Source of the DNA: Eledone cirrhosa
Taxonomy: Eukaryota
Assembly (NCBI GenBank): GCA_964016885.1
Contig: OZ024741.1
Span: forward strand, 287,804,001 to 287,868,000
DNA length: 64,000 bases
Direction of reading: 5' to 3'
Positions 1 to 12,731 of the stretch are shown piece by piece (the stretch's first letter is position 1; each line of letters opens with the position of its first letter). Under the pieces are notes generated by a model. The model made no database searches. It was not told the origin of the DNA and worked only from the letters and a program-made list of their open reading frames with translations. The position numbers and the translations under genes are program-made.

Positions 1-1503
1 AGCGTGACCACGCCCTTGGTCACAGAACAGGGAATTCTCCCGTTCTGTTGCCAGTTGCAATAGACAGCCTCGAGGAGTTCGGAGAACAAGACCGGCATAG
101 CTAAATAAAGTTCGTATGGTAGACCATCGAGACCCGGGGATTTGCGTCTGCTGCATTGGCTGAGCGCTTCCCCGATTTCAGTGGCTGTGATTGGCCCTTC
201 GCAGCACTCCGCTTCGCCGCTCGAAAGACGCGGTAGACCGTCGAGGTATGGACCGAAGTCCACATCCCCGTCCGGCCCCCCGCCACCTCCGAACAGTCGA
301 GCAAAGTGCCTTTGAAAGGTCTCGCACATTCGCTCAGGTTCAAGGATCACCCGTCCATCCTGGTCTCGCAAAGACCGAATGGTGGATTTAATCCCACTCT
401 TGGCTTCTGTCACGCGGGCCCAGCTAACAGCTTTGGTCCCCTCGTTTCCTAAAGCACGTATTTTACTTCGGACAACGCAGCCTTCGTGCTTCGCGTCAAA
501 GAACTGGCTCAATGCCGTTCTCGTCGCTAACACTCTGGCTACGTCTCCGCTCCTAATCGCCTCTTCTAGTTTATCTGTTAACTCCCTTTCCCTCCTATTT
601 CTATTCGCCGCTAGTTCCTTACTGTAACCTATCGAACTTACTCTAATCTCTCTCTTTAGAGATATCCACCACCTACTGTTGACGATCGCTCCCGTCAACC
701 GCATCTTAACTAAGCTATTAATCCGGTTTCTGTAATCTTTCTTTGTCGGTAAGGACAAGTTCATCTTCCAGTAACCGGGACCCTGTCTATGCGTTCTATC
801 AAGGTTGACCACGCAGGTCACTAATTTGTGATCTGAATAGCCAACCATGATCAGTTCTGGACAACTAAATACGTCCCTATCCTTACTCCTAACCAAAAAC
901 CTATCTAGGTACGATCTAGATTGTCCACTGCGGTTTGCCCAGGTCCAGGTTGGCGCAGTTGGACAATCTAGTCGAAATCTATCGACCAGGTCGAATCGAT
1001 CGAGTAACCCCTTGAGGCTGCTACACCCCCCTCTATCGGGACATGCCCCTGCATAGTCCCAACGCGCATCTAGGATTCCATTCCAGTCCCCCACTAAAAG
1101 CAGGGAACGCGACGTTCCTAGAAAAGTCTCCAGACGTTGGAAGAAGTCGGCTCTCTCCGCCCCGAAGGGAGCATAAAGACCGACCAGTCTGAAAGCCCCG
1201 CCTTCACCACCTCCGACGTCCAGCACCAGTAATCGACCCCCCGGGTCCGAGTGAACAATCTGTACGTCGAGAGTCAGACGTTTATCCAGCAGTACGGCAA
1301 CTCCCCCCCCCCCCGCCTCCGGGTTGACAGAGAGATGCGTGCATCTCAAAGTCATCGAAGGCGGGCGCCAGCTGTCTCACGCTGCTGATCCGACTCTCGC
1401 AAACAACCATCACATCTATACTTTGTGACCTGAGGTCACTTAGAAGCTTTGCTTGCTTCCAAGCTGAGCTCAGGCCACGCGCGTTCAAACAGCCAACTCT
1501 CAA
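1..1503 (-). pseudogene. LINE ORF2 N-terminus, apurinic/apyrimidinic endonuclease; frameshifted in the poly-C run at ~1302-1313
   Basis: MRVGCLNARGL..., LVGDWNG, SYLDRFLV, SDHKLV and GYWKMN motifs of Tx1/L1 APE domains. Confidence 0.85.
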
Positions 1504-1508
1504 TTGAT

Positions 1509-3371
1509 CTATTTTGGTGTTGAAAGTGAAGAAAGAAAAGCACTTACCTCTCCGGGTTGCGTAATTTCCATGGCATCAGGTGTGTTGGGTGGAGGGATGT
1601 TTTGTGGTGGTGTGGGGGTACACGTGTGTGGTGGGGTTGGGGTATTTGGAGTTGTGTCAGGGAGAGGGGCGGTTATGGGGAAATCTTTCAAGAGGACGCG
1701 ATTCAACGGTTTTAAACAGGGGGGGCTCACGTCCCGTCTAAATTGTTCTTTTAAGGAACGATAAAGGTCCAGAGGGACCTTTATCATTTTTAAATGGGTG
1801 AAGTTCTCTGTTGAGATAAAGTTTGGCCCTTCGGTCTGCACCATAGGGTTATTGTTTATTAATTTAACCAGTTTTTTGTTTTCTTTATTTATATATGTGT
1901 ATTGCAACGTCTTTTTTTGTGATGCTGTCAATGTTTCGGAGAGGGGAGGCGCAGATTTATTTTTGTTTGTTGAGGGTGGGGTGTTTTTGATTGGAGTTGG
2001 TGTTTGTGTGTGGGTTATTTGTGGTGTGCTGGGTGTGTGTTTTCTTTTTTTTCTTTTAACTTGTCTGAAGGCTTCTCCTCCTTCTTCTTCAGAAGTTGGG
2101 GGAAACTCTTCAGCGCTAGGTGGGAGGGACGTGTTGTGTGGTTGTTTTTTTTTTGCGGGAGGGGTAGATTTGTTACTGTTTTTTTTATTATTTGTTTGGA
2201 ATGGGTTTTGTGGTGGTGGTGGTGGTAATGTTTGTGTCGTGCTTGTGGTTGGTGATGGTGGTGGTGATGTTTGTGTTGTGGTTGGTGGTGGTGATTTTTG
2301 TGTCGTGCTTGTGTTTGGTGCTGGTGGTGGTGATGTTTGTGTTGTGTTTGTGGTTGGTGGTGTCTGTATTTTATTTGCTGTGTGTGGTATTAGTGTATTT
2401 TTGGAGGTGGGTGGTGCTGGTGTACTGTTTGTGGTGGGTGTGGGCAATAGTCCTTTTTGGGGGATACGTTTCGGGCAGTTAGCCTTAACGTGTCCCCTTT
2501 CCATGCATAAATAGCATGCTGGTCTTCTCCCCTCTACAATTATGTCTATTGGGGTAAGGTCATCCAGCCAGATGCGATCCGGGATTTGTGCTATTCTTTC
2601 GGGCCTCATTTGGACTAGTATGTCGAGGCCCATTCCCAGGAACGCATCTCCAGTTGCCTTCCCCATTGACAGCATAGTGTCTTCGCCCATATCAATGAAG
2701 CCAGCAATAGCCCACCAGAAGTCCATTGTGGGCAGCATTGTTTTTACTTTTACTCTCTGTGTTCTTCTACCCATGTAGGAGGGATAGAAGCTATATGTTG
2801 TCGACGAGAGTGGGCTTAGGGAAAGCTTCTCCGCCGTTTCTTTGTCTCTTGTTAGGACCGAAATGCTGCCATAGAGTCGGTCCTTTCGTATGAAGAGAAT
2901 ATTCTTCATATAGTCTTTTAGGACTAACTCTATTTCCATTTGGCTGGGCTGTGCTGGCTTTCTTGTCTGGTTCAGTATAGTTCTGTATATAACTGTGTTT
3001 TCTGCTCTGGCTTTCTTGAATTCTGGGGGGGAGTTAATGGAAAACATTCCGTTCTCCCCCAAAACAATATGTTTCTTTGCTTCGGCCAGTTTTTCTCTGG
3101 CGGCAGTTAGGTCAATTGGTGTGTATGTAATGGATTGCTTTGTTTTCTGGGCGAAAGTTGCCCTGTCGTTATTTGTATTATTTTCTGTTTGTTTGTTTTC
3201 TGTTTGCTCATTTTCCTTAACATTTGTTTTTTCATTTTGTTTGTTTGTTTCAATGTCTAATTTTGTTGTAATTATTTTTTGTTCTTCAGACTTGGGGGGC
3301 GTGGCAGAGCTAATGGCAGACATGTCTGCCATCTTTTCCGCCATGCTGCCAAGAAAGAAATTTTTCGGCAA
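1509..3371 (-). CDS. LINE ORF1 (gag-like nucleic-acid-binding protein, zinc knuckle, Pro/Thr-rich tail)
   Basis: Intact 620-aa ORF with CYLCMERGHVKANC (CX2CX4HX4C), directly upstream of the APE ORF2. Confidence 0.85.
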   Translation of the reverse strand: MPKNFFLGSMAEKMADMSAISSATPPKSEEQKIITTKLDIETNKQNEKTNVKENEQTENKQTENNTNNDRATFAQKTKQSITYTPIDLTAAREKLAEAKKHIVLGENGMFSINSPPEFKKARAENTVIYRTILNQTRKPAQPSQMEIELVLKDYMKNILFIRKDRLYGSISVLTRDKETAEKLSLSPLSSTTYSFYPSYMGRRTQRVKVKTMLPTMDFWWAIAGFIDMGEDTMLSMGKATGDAFLGMGLDILVQMRPERIAQIPDRIWLDDLTPIDIIVEGRRPACYLCMERGHVKANCPKRIPQKGLLPTPTTNSTPAPPTSKNTLIPHTANKIQTPPTTNTTQTSPPPAPNTSTTQKSPPPTTTQTSPPPSPTTSTTQTLPPPPPQNPFQTNNKKNSNKSTPPAKKKQPHNTSLPPSAEEFPPTSEEEGGEAFRQVKRKKRKHTPSTPQITHTQTPTPIKNTPPSTNKNKSAPPLSETLTASQKKTLQYTYINKENKKLVKLINNNPMVQTEGPNFISTENFTHLKMIKVPLDLYRSLKEQFRRDVSPPCLKPLNRVLLKDFPITAPLPDTTPNTPTPPHTCTPTPPQNIPPPNTPDAMEITQPGEVSAFLSSLSTPK

Positions 3372-3546
3372 AAATAGATATTTATTTTACCCCCTAAAAA
3401 GGGGGTAAATGCAAAAATGTTTCCCTAAATAACAGGGGTTAGTGTTCCAAATGTGTTGCACTAAAAAATTTATCCGGTACTTACAATAGTAAGGGTAAAT
3501 CCCGATGGAATAGCGGAGCCGATGCGAAGCGTGTCTTACTCTATCA

Positions 3547-3575
3547 AGATAGATAGATAGATAGATAGATAGATA
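3547..3575. repeat. (GATA)n microsatellite between two Tx1 copies
   Basis: Read directly; similar tracts at 6417-6536, 7111-7160, 42000-42077, 42864-42950 and 43273-43371. Confidence 0.95.
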
Positions 3576-6416
3576 TGTTTCTTTATTTGCCACAGGGGCG
3601 TACAAAAATGGGACATTACAAGACGTGACGGCGGGGGTTTTACATAAAATCTTTAACAATGATAAATAACAATCTATATATATAAAACTGTGGTTGTCTG
3701 TCTGTCTATCGATTTTTGGCACACATCTCCTCTTAGAATCTCTCACGGAATTGCACCGAAATTGCTATACTTGTACATTGAGCCCTAGCGAAGACATCGG
3801 AAAAAAGAAATTTCAAATTGACCCACCCTATGTGACGAAATCGAATATAAAGTATCGATTTTTGAGCGTAAGTTATCAGTTATTTCCCTTTGTTCTGTTT
3901 ACATTGAGCGTCTTACGTAAAAAATTACGCTGGCTTTCTCAGCGTTTAAAATGACATTAACACAATACACGAACGAACAGTTGTCGAGCCAGCAAAATAT
4001 TGACCTGCAAAATTCATCAGTTCGAACACTAAGCTTCCGTTTTTGTTCATTTCCATTTAAAAGCATTTTAAAACAATATTTTTACTTGAAAACAAGTCTA
4101 TTTAAAGACTACGTAAAACAAGCAAATATTTCAGGCGTGCAGACAGACAGTCGTGCAGAGAGGTGATATAGGCGTGCAGACAGACATAACTGATAATTTG
4201 GTTACGCTAATGTTTTTCTCTGCGTTGCAGTGTTTACATTTTCGATCTTTGTTAATAAATAACCAGTGCAGTTTTTATCCCCAGCATCCTCTTTTGTTAT
4301 AACATTCGGGTTATTGTTATGTTTTCTTAACTTCATAAGGCATATTGTTGGTTGAGGGAATATTAATCAAAAACACCACATGCAAGTCTGCACAGTAGAC
4401 ACTACAGTTTTTAAGCCAAAAAAGAAACTTAACATTGTAACTTTAACACAGCTACTGAGCGACCCCGAGCAACGCCGGGCTTTACTGCTAGTAAACTATA
4501 TAATAATAAAATAATTGAAATCCCCATTAGGTGGGGGAGGGTAACGCTACTGTGGATAGAACAACCCTCAACACCAGGAACACGTGTTGTATTTGTTCCC
4601 GTCTTCCCTCTGTTTATCTTCCTCACCTACAGGTTTATATACAGAGAAGGCCCATTCACTCGGGCCATTTTCGCCACATTCACCCACCTTTCAGCGAATT
4701 TACTGGGGATGTAGCACCTCTCTCACCACTCTCACTTTCCTTCTGAAGTTGTACTTAAAGAAGGGGATGAGTTGTTGTCCGGAGAGAAAGGTGTTTGCCC
4801 TCAGTCCTTTTAACCTCGTCCACCATATTACCTCTTTCGCCATAGACACCAGACAGAGGAAGACTACCTCTCCTTCATTCTTAAATGAAGGCGGCGGGTT
4901 GATCCTCACGATGGACTCGGCTGACAACTAGATGCGTCGTACACGTGACAGTAGCTTTCGACATTATTCCACAGGTCGGTCACCCCTGGGCACTGAACAA
5001 TTGCGTGCAGAACGGTTTCGATGTCCTGCTCGCATCTCGGACAGGTCCTTTTGGCAGGATCTCTGCTAGGGCGTCCGTGCCTGTAGATTTTGTCTCGAAC
5101 TGGTAGAGTTCCTCGGTAGCACTGCCAGGCCAGAGACCTCTGGAAGTCCTCCCGAACAGACTGGTCAATTCGTCTTCCTCGATGCCTAGAGTGTCCTCGA
5201 GAACGTCGTCGCACTTATCCTTCACTAATCCCCTATAGAATGTCGAAGTCGAGTCTCCGCTGATTGCCGTTTCCGCTTGGTAGACGGCTGTGAGCGCCTG
5301 AGGCCACTCGAGGTGCCAGGCGCCCATTTTCGGTCTTGGCTTGACCCAGGACTGCAGCTCTGTTAGTGAGACGAGTTGTGGAAGAGCTTGTCTCACAAAC
5401 GACAGCCACACCGGTTCACCGGTCAGGAACACCTGGAGATGGCGTAGCCTCAGCCCGTGTTTGCGCATCATCAGCCACGGCATGCCCAGCCCACCGTTAG
5501 AAGGGTGTTGACAGCAGATGGATCTCTTCAACAATGGAGCCTGTTTCTTCCAGAGGAACTTGAAGAGTAGGCGTTCCATTTTGGTGAGGTATTCGCGGGG
5601 AAAAGGCACGACTGTCAAGCGGTAGTAGATGACGGACGCTATGTAAGTATTCGCCACCTCCGCTCGACCTTTCAATGAGAGTTTGCACTCAGCTCACATT
5701 TGCGTGAGTGCAAACACCTTCGCCGTTACCTCGTTCTAGTTCTTGTCCATCTGGAGGTCTGGATCAAACCAGACCCCGAGCAATTTCACCGGTCCTTCCG
5801 TCCAGCGTCCAACAACACTGTCGGAAGGCTAGGGTTTGCCTCTCCATGTGCCGAGTTGCAAACCGACAGACTTGTTTGGGTTTAGTCTTGCTCCTGTCAA
5901 CGTTTCGTATTCCTGTAATAGGTTGCCGATTACGCCGATATCCGAGGTTTTCGACACCATTACGGTTTTGTCGTCGGCATAGGCTAAGGCTGCTTTCCAA
6001 AGTCCTGGTTCGATCGGGATGCTCTGCAACAGCTCCAACTTCCGCAGTAATGGCTCGAGAATCAGTACATACAGAATGGAGGCGAGAGGGCACCCCTGAC
6101 GGATGGAACGCATGATTTGGAATGGCTCCGATAGGTAGCCATTCACCTTGACTGCCGAGCAGATGCTGGTGTGCATGACAGCGATCCAGCCTCTGAAGAC
6201 GGGACCGAAGCCGACCGCCTTGAGAACCGCTTCCAAGTATTGATGGTCTAAATTGATCAGAGCCCACCGAAGCCAGGTTTACACCCTACCCTCTCTATGA
6301 TGTATCGCATGAGGTGGAGGTTGTCGTGTATGGACCTGGTCGGGATTGCACACGTTTGCGCTTCCCCTACCAGGTTCTCGACGACAAGCGCCAGCCTCAC
6401 TGCTAACACCTTGATA
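3576..6416 (-). mobile_element. 5'-truncated, degenerate Tx1-type LINE (RT, C-terminal zinc finger, 3'UTR), interrupted by a Helitron
   Basis: RT motifs RSIRQGCPLA and AYADD (5829-6236); CPRC..ETVLHAIVQC zinc finger; 3' end ...GTGGCAAATAAAGAAACA(TATC)n. Confidence 0.9.
3673..4491 (+). mobile_element. Non-autonomous Helitron (~820 bp)
   Basis: 5' TC and 3' hairpin CCCGAGCAACGCCGGG followed by CTAG; inserted between A and T with no TSD; empty site AATAACAA|TAAACTAT is visible in the paralogous Tx1 3'UTR at ~42175-42190. Confidence 0.9.
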
Positions 6417-6441
6417 AGATACATAGATATATAGATAGATG

Positions 6442-6536
<95 letters not shown>

Positions 6537-6537
<1 letters not shown>

Positions 6538-7110
6538 TGTTTCTTTTATTTGCCACAAGGGCATCAAAAGTGGGACAAGTACAATGGGGGGAGTTTACAA
6601 AACAAGGCGTCCTCAATAGGGAGGAGGCAATAACAATATATAAAAATAAAATAAAATATAACAAAAAATAGAATTATAACAAAATCCTCAATAGAGGATT
6701 TTGTTATAAAATATAACAAAAAATAAAATTTATAACAAAATCCTCAATAGAGAGGAGGCGCCTTGGGGGGTCGCACACACCCCCGAAAAAAGTGTGCAAC
6801 CCTTTTCCTCAGGAGCACAGAGAGGGGGTGCTCCCTCGTTCCTTCCTCTTTTCCACCTACAGGCTTATGTAAAGAGAAGGCCCATTCACACGGGCCATTC
6901 TCGCCACTTTCACCCACCTTTCATAAAAACGACTGGGGTGCAGCACCTCTCTCTCCATCCTGATCCTTCTTCCGAAATGATATCGGAAGAAACGGACCAG
7001 TTGTTGGCCAGAGAGAAAGGTGCCTGACCTCAGTCCTTTCAGACGCGTCCACCATACAACCTCTTTCGCCATGGCTATTACGCACAGAAACACCACCTCT
7101 GCTTCATCTT
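6537..7110 (-). mobile_element. Tx1-type LINE 3' fragment (second subfamily) between (GATA)n tracts
   Basis: Homologous to 4580-4880 (VVFLC..MAKEV.WWTRLKGL); same style of 3' terminus; the 3'UTR is repeated at 43372-43510. Confidence 0.85.
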
Positions 7111-7160
7111 TATAGATAGATAGATAGATAGATAGATAGAGAGAGAGATAGAGAGATAGA

Positions 7161-7327
7161 TAGATAGATATAAGTTTATCCCGGGTTCAATCGGGAGTAA
7201 CCACAGTAAGTAAAGTACTCAATACAAAGTAGAGTATAAATATTTAATATAGAAAAGGCTTTTACAGGACTAGAACTGTTTCATTCTCCGGAATGAAACA
7301 GTTCTAGTCCTGTAGAAGCCTTTTCTG

Positions 7328-7332
<5 letters not shown>
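7161..7332 (-). mobile_element. Very short fold-back PLE remnant (pseudo-LTR end plus tail)
   Basis: ~42-bp inverted arms around TCCG at ~7288, containing GAAACAGTTCTA (HHR 3' half); tail with bulged hairpin at 7216-7236; flanked by microsatellites. Confidence 0.6.
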
Positions 7333-7420
<88 letters not shown>

Positions 7421-7440
7421 TATATATAAATATAAATATA

Positions 7441-8755
7441 GATTTTGAGGTTTATGTTGGTTGTATACCAACACCTCAGTATGCAGGCTGGAGCACTCGA
7501 CGAAGTGCGCAGGTTGGTTTGGTTACTCCGGAGTAGTGTAAAATAAAGTTAAATAAAAGTCAAATGATTAAAATTTAGCTTCGTTTATTACTGCTATATA
7601 TATTTCAGTGACAGCTATATATATTTCAGTGACAGCCATCTTTGAATTAGTATGGTATAGACAAGTACATATGTTGTTTAGGTGTATGATATTGTCAATA
7701 CTCTGATATGCCCAGTTCCTTGTTGGGTTGTTAATTCACTGGGGAACTGGAGTCATATGAATTCAAACAAACGAATTTTCGTGTCACAGGTCCCCTTCTC
7801 CTCTCATTGGTCAGTTATTAGAACATTCCTCATTCTAAGTGTTGTTATTGTTGGAGTTAGCTTAAAAATTGATAAAATGGTAGAAGGGACAAGGTGTTAA
7901 AGGAACAAAATAACAAAAAAAGTGTCAAACTTCCCATTGTTCAGTTCTGAGAGCATTCCTCAGTCAGAAGTCTATAGAATTCTTTCTGGGGTGAGGCTCC
8001 CTGTAGTGTTTTTGCCTGCTATTGTTCAGTACATTTGACCTCCACCATTATTTTGGTACTGTTGTTGTTGTAGTGGTCAGCTTATATCTTGCTGCTGCTA
8101 ACAATTTAGAAGTATCCAGTTTGTGTTTTTTCTTCATCCTCCCCGCCACCATCGTAGTGGTGGTGGTGGGGGGGGGGGGTTCTTTCGTGTATATGAAGAA
8201 ATATAAGGCAATAAATGAAGAAACCAGAAAATAAATAAATAATATAATAAAATAAAATAATTAATATAATTTGTGTAATTTGAAAATAAATAAATAAATA
8301 GAGAATAAAGAATAAAGAGTAAATGAGAGATTGGTGAAAAAGTAATGATAATGTATATGGAGAAGTGAGAAATAATGTAGGATAAAGTGTGTGTGTGCTA
8401 TAACCAATCTCAAGGTCAGAATATGTTGGATAGATTGGTATGATACAAGATGTTAAGATGAGGAATGTTCTAATAACTGACCAATGAGAGGAGAAGGGGA
8501 CATGTGACACGAAAATTCGTTTGTTTGAATTCATATGACTCCAGTTCCCCAGTGAATTAACAACCCAACAAGAAACTGGGCATATCAGAGTATTGACAAT
8601 ATCATACACCTAAACAACATATGTACTTGTCTATACCATACTAATTCAAACTGCCTGAAGAGGTCACAGCCAAAGATGGCTGTCACTGAAATATATATAG
8701 CAGTAATAAACGAAGCTAAATTTTAATCATTTGACTTTTATTTAACTTTATTTTA
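7441..8755. mobile_element. Fold-back Penelope-like element remnant in (TA)n
   Basis: Inverted arms ~7539-7837 and ~8455-8755; HHR in the right arm; only the left arm carries the tail (7441-7538). Confidence 0.8.
8650..8704 (+). ncRNA. Minimal type I hammerhead ribozyme
   Basis: ACTGC-CTGAAGA-stem II (..CACAGCC/GGCTGTC..)-GAAA-TATATA-TA-GCAGT; the left-arm copy has lost the CTGAAGA half. Confidence 0.8.
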
Positions 8756-8836
8756 AATATAAATATATATATATATAAATATATATATATATAAATATAA
8801 TATAAGATCAAAAGATGGTTAAAGGAGTTCAATATA

Positions 8837-8903
8837 TTTTATTATGCGCATTTCAAAAACAAACATCATCAAACAATAATATTTGTGTTTTCATCAGATA
8901 AAA
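8837..8903 (-). ncRNA. Minimal hammerhead ribozyme
   Basis: Reverse complement of 9033-9099. Confidence 0.85.
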
Positions 8904-9032
8904 CAGGAGAACATGATATGAAGGCTAAAAAAACACTTGTTGATAGTGCAGTTTTAAATCAACATATCATATGTTGATTTAAAACTGCACTATCAACAAG
9001 TGTTTTTTTAGCCTTCATATCATGTTCTCCTG

Positions 9033-9099
9033 TTTTATCTGATGAAAACACAAATATTATTGTTTGATGATGTTTGTTTTTGAAATGCGCATAATAAAA
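9033..9099 (+). ncRNA. Minimal hammerhead ribozyme
   Basis: TTTTAT-CTGATGA-stem II-GAAA-TGCGCA-TA-ATAAAA; palindromic stem III. Confidence 0.85.
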
Positions 9100-9344
9100 T
9101 ATATTGAACTCCTTTAACCATCTTTTGATCTTATATTATGCATACTCCAGTCCCACAAACTGTAGAGTGCTTCTTATCCGATATCTGCATTGCTTTATTG
9201 TACTACAATAAAACTCACCTCCTACATTATATATAAATATATATATATAAATATAAATATATATAAATATAAATATATATAAATATATATAAATATATAT
9301 ATATATAAATATATATATAAATATAAATATAAATATATATAAAT

Positions 9345-9383
<39 letters not shown>

Positions 9384-9419
9384 AATATATATATATAAAT
9401 ATATATATATAAATATATA

Positions 9420-9915
9420 GTATTTACGTATCGAGAAAGAGAGAAAAAGGAGGGATAGGTGATACATATAGTTATTTGCCAAGTAGCGTATGCCAAAGGT
9501 GCTCGATACTAGTGCCGGCAGTATTAAATATTTGGAGTGTTAATATTTAGTGGGCTAGAGAGTCAGCAGAGCGTAAGCACGTGGGAAAGTAAATAATCGG
9601 AGAATAGACCGTTAAAACATGTTTATTTAAAATATCACCTACGTACGTTTCGCCCAGTTGGGCTTCTCAAGGGCATAAATAATCACAAGTGCTCCTTATA
9701 TAGTTCGGAAAGAGTTTTGGGGGTTAAATCTACATCAAGATTCATTGCTCGCAAAAATATCTTGTTTTGATTTTGCAGCAGGTCAAGGGAGGTAACTCTG
9801 GCCGGTGTTAGAGCCGTCTTTCCCGGATAATTTTTTTTTTTTTTTTTTTTTCCCGCCGCATCGGTTTGTCTGAGGCTGGGTCTGGTGTGCAAGGATTGTT
9901 TTCTGGGTGTTATTT
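9420..9915 (-). mobile_element. PLE 3' remnant with variant HHR and tail
   Basis: ORF end ..LSELYKEHL* is followed by an HHR-like motif and the bulged hairpin at 9501-9572; flanked by TA-rich repeats. Confidence 0.6.
9636..9675 (-). ncRNA. Hammerhead ribozyme, U3-A8 core variant (weak stem I)
   Basis: TTGAGAA-GCCCAACTGGGC-GAAA-CGTACG-TA. Confidence 0.6.
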
Positions 9916-9950
<35 letters not shown>

Positions 9951-9982
9951 ATTTATATATATATATAAATATATATATATAA

Positions 9983-10071
<89 letters not shown>

Positions 10072-10170
10072 TATATATATAAACATATATATAAATATAT
10101 ATATATAAATATATATATATATAAATATATATAAATATATATATATATAAATATATATAAATATATATAC

Positions 10171-10636
10171 AATATTAAATAGAAAACTATATTTATAAAA
10201 CCATATTTATTTCATTATATATATTTCGGGGATATCATATTAACAATATGCTATGCCTTCATCAGACAAAATACAATATAAACAGTTTTATAGATAAATA
10301 TATTCGACATACCGTAATAAACATCAACTTCATTTGAAGAGGTTCACTCTAGCAGTGAAAATACAGAGAGAAAGAAAGAGAGAGAGAAAAGAGGGAAATA
10401 AGAAAGAAAGAAAGACGAAACGAAGAAAAGGAAGAAAAAGAAGAAAAAGAAGAAATGCATGGGACAAAATAGAGAGATGGAAAAATAGATAAAGCGAAGA
10501 GCTTCATGTAAAGAGACCGAAAGAGATATATATATATATAGAGAGAGAGGAAATAGAGATAGATACATATATAAATATAGATATAGAAAAATTAGGTAGT
10601 GGGAGGTCATTTTGAGTAAGTGTATCAATGATGCAT

Positions 10637-10671
<35 letters not shown>

Positions 10672-11484
10672 GCTCAAGTATTAATGTAAGGGAGATATAG
10701 AGAGATATAGAGAGATATAGAGAGAGAAAAATTTAAAAATAGCCAGACATATTCGAGGCGTAGAAAACCCTATGTTTTAATGTATTAGTATTTATAAAAC
10801 TTACACTATATTGTAAATATCAGTATTCCTGAATGAAACAAGTATTCACAATGCGTGAAAATTCATTATCTTATGTTTAGTTTTTTAAAAAATTCATATG
10901 TCTATGTGAATCCAACTGATTCACTCCGCAAATTCAAAGTTACCGGAAAACATTCTCAATGTGGTATAAACATTTGAGCGTATTATTATTCTTGCGATTA
11001 CTCTACAAGATTATCTATCAAGCAGAAATAGAGAGCAGATTTCAATATACTAATCGAAAATATATATTATATTATAAGCAGAGATAACAATAATAATGAT
11101 AATAAGTAAAAATATATAAAAATATAAAAATATAGAATAGAAAACTAAAAAAGAATATTACGAAAGAATATTACATAATAAAAATATTGCATATTAAAAA
11201 TACTATGTTTTAAAATTATTACGTATTAAAACTTTACATATAAAAATATTAAAAATAAAAATAAAATAAAATAAAAAATAAAAAATAAAAATATAAAAAT
11301 ATTATAGAATACTACAATACTAAAAGAATAAAAATAAAAATAAAAATAAAAATAAAAATAAAAATAAAAATAAAAAATAAACCACAAAGAACAACCCTTC
11401 AAGGTTAATTGACAATATATTGCCAAGTTCACTACAAGACAAAGCCAAAAATTATCTATCAAATCACATCTAGCAAGGAATATC

Positions 11485-11527
<43 letters not shown>

Positions 11528-12335
11528 TTATGATGTCCAATAATGTCTACATATGTTCCTATATTTAATATATAAGTTTATCAAGTGTAAGGTTAATTCA
11601 TAAAATTTGGAGCATCGGCTTTTAGGGTAGCTTAATTTTTCATGAGGAATGTTTAGATAAAAATAAAAATAAAAAATAAAAATAAAAATAAATACAATAA
11701 AATAAACAGTAAAAAGAGGGAATCAAAGATTTAGGAATCAAAAGATTTATCGGCTAGTTCTCATATAAATATAAATCAAACTAAATATACTACATTTTAA
11801 ATTTAAATTTATATTTAAACGTTGAGTTTAATCTATGTTTGCAACAACTGAATAAATTTGTCCGTAGGTTAAGGGAATTTTTAGATTTTAGTATAAAGAA
11901 TATCTCCTCTGCGCAGAGGTCACATGTCTCAGAGGATGAATTAAAAGGAATCCCTCTTGAGACTATATTCCAAGCCGTCGAATATCTAACGTTATCTAGC
12001 TTAAGTTGCCAGAGTACACCTGATAGTGCCGTTGAAGATTTTTTATTTGGATCTGTGAAAGAATTCTTGTGGTTATTATAGCGAAGTTTAAATTCCGTCG
12101 ATGTGGAACCGACGTAGTTAAAAGAATTAGAGTCAGTATTAACATTACAATTGTATACTATATTTTTAACTAAGCAGTTGTTATTTAACGAATAATGAAA
12201 TAAATATGGTTTTATAAATATAGTTTTCCATTTATTTAATATTGTAAATATACTCCAAGTATTTGTCGAGTGCTTTTATATCAGTTATAAATATTTACTA
12301 GTTGTAACCCAACAATTTTAAATATAACTTTACAT
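10171..12335 (-). mobile_element. 5'-truncated PLE (GIY-YIG C-terminus, long 3'UTR, HHR) with a short inverted tail piece
   Basis: Minus strand ~11810-12190 reads CLVKNIVYNC..YVGSTSTEFKLRYNNHKNSF..CDLCAEE..CKHR; 12192-12245 is an inverted copy of 10171-10218. Confidence 0.85.
10210..10271 (-). ncRNA. Minimal hammerhead ribozyme
   Basis: TTTTGT-CTGATGA-stem II-GAAA-TATATA-TA-ATGAAA. Confidence 0.75.
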
Positions 12336-12465
12336 GTATAAATATATATATATATATGAATATATATATATATATAAATATATATATATATAAATATATA
12401 AATATATAAATATATATATAAATATATAATATAAGATCAAAAGATGGTTAAAGGAGTTCCATGTA

Positions 12466-12532
12466 TTTTATTATGCGCATTTCAAAAACAAACATCATCA
12501 TGCAATAATATTTGTGTTTTCATCAGATAAAA
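12466..12532 (-). ncRNA. Minimal hammerhead ribozyme
   Basis: Inverted copy of 12665-12731. Confidence 0.85.
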
Positions 12533-12664
12533 CAGGAGAACATGTTATGAAGGCTAAAAAACACTTGTGGATAGTGCAGTTTTAAATCAACATATAATAT
12601 GATATGTTGATTTAAAACTGCACTATCCACAAGTGTTTTTTAGCCTTCATATCATGTTCTCCTG

Positions 12665-12731
12665 TTTTATCTGATGAAAACATAAATATTATTGCATGAT
12701 GATGTTTGTTTTTGAAATGCGCATAATAAAA
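12665..12731 (+). ncRNA. Minimal hammerhead ribozyme
   Basis: TTTTAT-CTGATGA...GAAA-TGCGCA-TA-ATAAAA. Confidence 0.85.

Larger units (their letters stand above)
1..3546 (-). mobile_element. Tx1/L1-clade non-LTR retrotransposon, 5' part (5'UTR, ORF1, APE end of ORF2); continues left of the window
   Basis: Gag-like ORF1 with a CCHC knuckle is followed immediately by an APE endonuclease; the 5' end abuts (GATA)n at 3547. Confidence 0.9.
8797..9228. mobile_element. Palindromic mini-PLE with an HHR in each arm (copy 1)
   Basis: Near-perfect palindrome centred at ~8968 (arms ~170 bp) plus one-sided tail 9140-9228; flanked by (TA)n. Confidence 0.85.

Noticed and set aside
1798-3408. Hydrophobic plus-strand ORFs of 238 and 137 aa
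   Set aside because: Antisense shadows of the A/C-rich LINE ORF1
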